A DNA stretch of 64,000 nucleotides, from the sequence record MW218148.1. One strand, given 5' to 3'. The notes under the pieces are model-generated. The model had not been told where the DNA came from, did not search any database, and was given only the letters and a program-made list of their open reading frames with translations. A program made the translations under genes and the position numbers. Below are positions 62,628-64,000 of the stretch, in pieces; within the stretch, counting starts at the first letter, position 1; every line of letters begins with the position of its first letter.

Positions 62628-63290
62628 GTGAATTTGATAAAGATGCATTTAATAAACTTTCAGAAAAGGTCTAGAGGTAATTATAAAAAGAATCTGAATA
62701 CTATTATATTGTTAATTGATTATGATAAGAATGTATTAAATCAAATCAAAAATCAGTTAGATATAGAAATGAATGTTAATAATACGTTGAAGTTAAATAA
62801 CTCTCACTATTCATTATTATTGGATGAAAGAGTATTTTCTTCTGAGAGAACTAATATAGATTTTTATAATAAAATAGTAAATCATCATACTCTTGATATA
62901 CTTAGGGAGAATATATCAAAAGTAAATGATTATTCAATTCTCAAAGAAATAAATAATATGACAGACACTGAACTTAGAGATAACATTGATAGTGATAATC
63001 TTATAAATTCTCAAAGTAGGTATTTTTGTATGAACAAAATTCCTTATATAGAAGAGACTATACCTAATGAATTCTATTTAGAAAACTTCGAAGAATCATG
63101 TTTAAAGGTAATATTTAAACATTTATTTAATGAGTTGGGTCAATATGATATGAATGATAGATTATTTATATATACACTAGCAGAGTTATTTTTAAGTATA
63201 ATTCAAAGTAATAACATAATCTATGAATACAGTAAAACTATAGATAAAAAATACTATAGATCGATATTTATAGATTCATTATTCAATTAA
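62628..63290 (+). CDS. Hypothetical protein with shared C-terminal motif
   Basis: 220 aa; ends YRSIFIDSLFN. Confidence 0.7.
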   Translation: MNLIKMHLINFQKRSRGNYKKNLNTIILLIDYDKNVLNQIKNQLDIEMNVNNTLKLNNSHYSLLLDERVFSSERTNIDFYNKIVNHHTLDILRENISKVNDYSILKEINNMTDTELRDNIDSDNLINSQSRYFCMNKIPYIEETIPNEFYLENFEESCLKVIFKHLFNELGQYDMNDRLFIYTLAELFLSIIQSNNIIYEYSKTIDKKYYRSIFIDSLFN

Positions 63291-63604
63291 TGAAAGGAGG
63301 AAGAATAAAGATGAATAAAGTCTATGGATTTAAGCTAAGGTACAACAAGAAAATTGTAGATGAATTTAAATTTAATAGCTTTGAAGAAGCTATGAATAAG
63401 TTAGAAATAACTTTATTAGAAATTTATGATTCAGAGAACTTTACTACTATACATTCTATATTAAATACTTATGACGTAGAAAATATTAATGAAGATAGTT
63501 TTAGGGAAAAATTAAGACTTAATCATCTTAATCATATTAAGAACTTCAGTATAGAACTATTTTCTAAATATATCGATATTAATAAGAAAGAAGGAATCTC
63601 GTAA
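63290..63604 (+). CDS. Hypothetical protein
   Basis: 104 aa; likely start at the internal ATG after AGGAGG. Confidence 0.65.
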   Translation: MKGGRIKMNKVYGFKLRYNKKIVDEFKFNSFEEAMNKLEITLLEIYDSENFTTIHSILNTYDVENINEDSFREKLRLNHLNHIKNFSIELFSKYIDINKKEGIS

Positions 63605-63819
63605 TGTTCGAAGAAGATAAAGTTCCATTTTCATTTATTTATAATGAAACCAAATACTTCATGCATAGAAGAAATATTAAATCATTTCCTAATGGTGAAT
63701 CTGAGTTTTTATTATACGCAGATGAAAAAGGCAATTCTTTTGTTCTGGAATTAAGTAAATTAAATAACTTAATTGAACAAGAGTTAATAGAAGTCTCATA
63801 TGAAGAAGATATTATTTAA
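63604..63819 (+). CDS. Hypothetical protein
   Basis: 71 aa, TAATG coupling. Confidence 0.6.
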   Translation: MFEEDKVPFSFIYNETKYFMHRRNIKSFPNGESEFLLYADEKGNSFVLELSKLNNLIEQELIEVSYEEDII

Positions 63820-63867
63820 ATATATATTATTAATTAGAGGTAATGACATACTTATTGTCATTACCTC
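63818..63867 (+). promoter_or_regulatory. Putative phage (early-type) promoter plus 5' hairpin
   Basis: AAATATATATTAT followed by GAGGTAATGACA-TACTTAT-TGTCATTACCTC. Confidence 0.6.
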
Positions 63868-63891
63868 TAATATACCGAAAAGGAGAAAAAG

Positions 63892-64000
63892 ATGAAGAAA
63901 TTTTTATTAGTTCCATTAATTGCATTATTAGTATTAACAGGATGTTCAGAAGCAGATAAGGTAAGTGAGAACTTATCTCAAGAGTCAGATAACTTTAATA
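63892..64000 (+). CDS. Lipoprotein (truncated by the window end)
   Basis: SD AAGGAG; MKKFLLVPLIALLVLTGCSEADKVSENLSQESDNFN with lipobox LTGC. Confidence 0.7.
   Translation, partial: MKKFLLVPLIALLVLTGCSEADKVSENLSQESDNFN

Overview
A very AT-rich 64 kb segment of a jumbo bacteriophage genome. All credible genes lie on the + strand. The phage looks phiKZ/AR9-like because it carries two split multisubunit RNA polymerase beta-subunit pieces. A Firmicute host is inferred from AGGAG(G/A)TGA ribosome-binding sites, lipoproteins, a TelA homologue and peptidoglycan-binding domains. The window holds a putative virion/tail and cell-wall module (69-8957), gyrB, an intein-containing gyrA, a RecA/UvsX recombinase, an NAD-dependent DNA ligase, a processive GT2 glycosyltransferase, SPFH and TelA proteins, two endonuclease-like genes and many small paralogous accessory genes. 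The standout feature is a self-contained cassette at about 9454-13009. It consists of a phage-type promoter, a ~1 kb non-coding array of five ~50 nt structured repeats spaced 171-212 nt apart with unique hairpin-rich spacers, a retron-like reverse transcriptase (YADD, NAxxH, ITG) with a ~200 aa N-terminal extension, a closely coupled unknown partner gene and a terminator. It does not fit a CRISPR, DGR, group II intron or single-ncRNA retron layout. A second notable signal is an 11-residue C-terminal motif, [FY][KR]xxx[IV]xxxF[KRSN], shared by nine proteins, several of them otherwise unrelated. All product calls come from motif recognition by eye; no database searches or folding programs were run.
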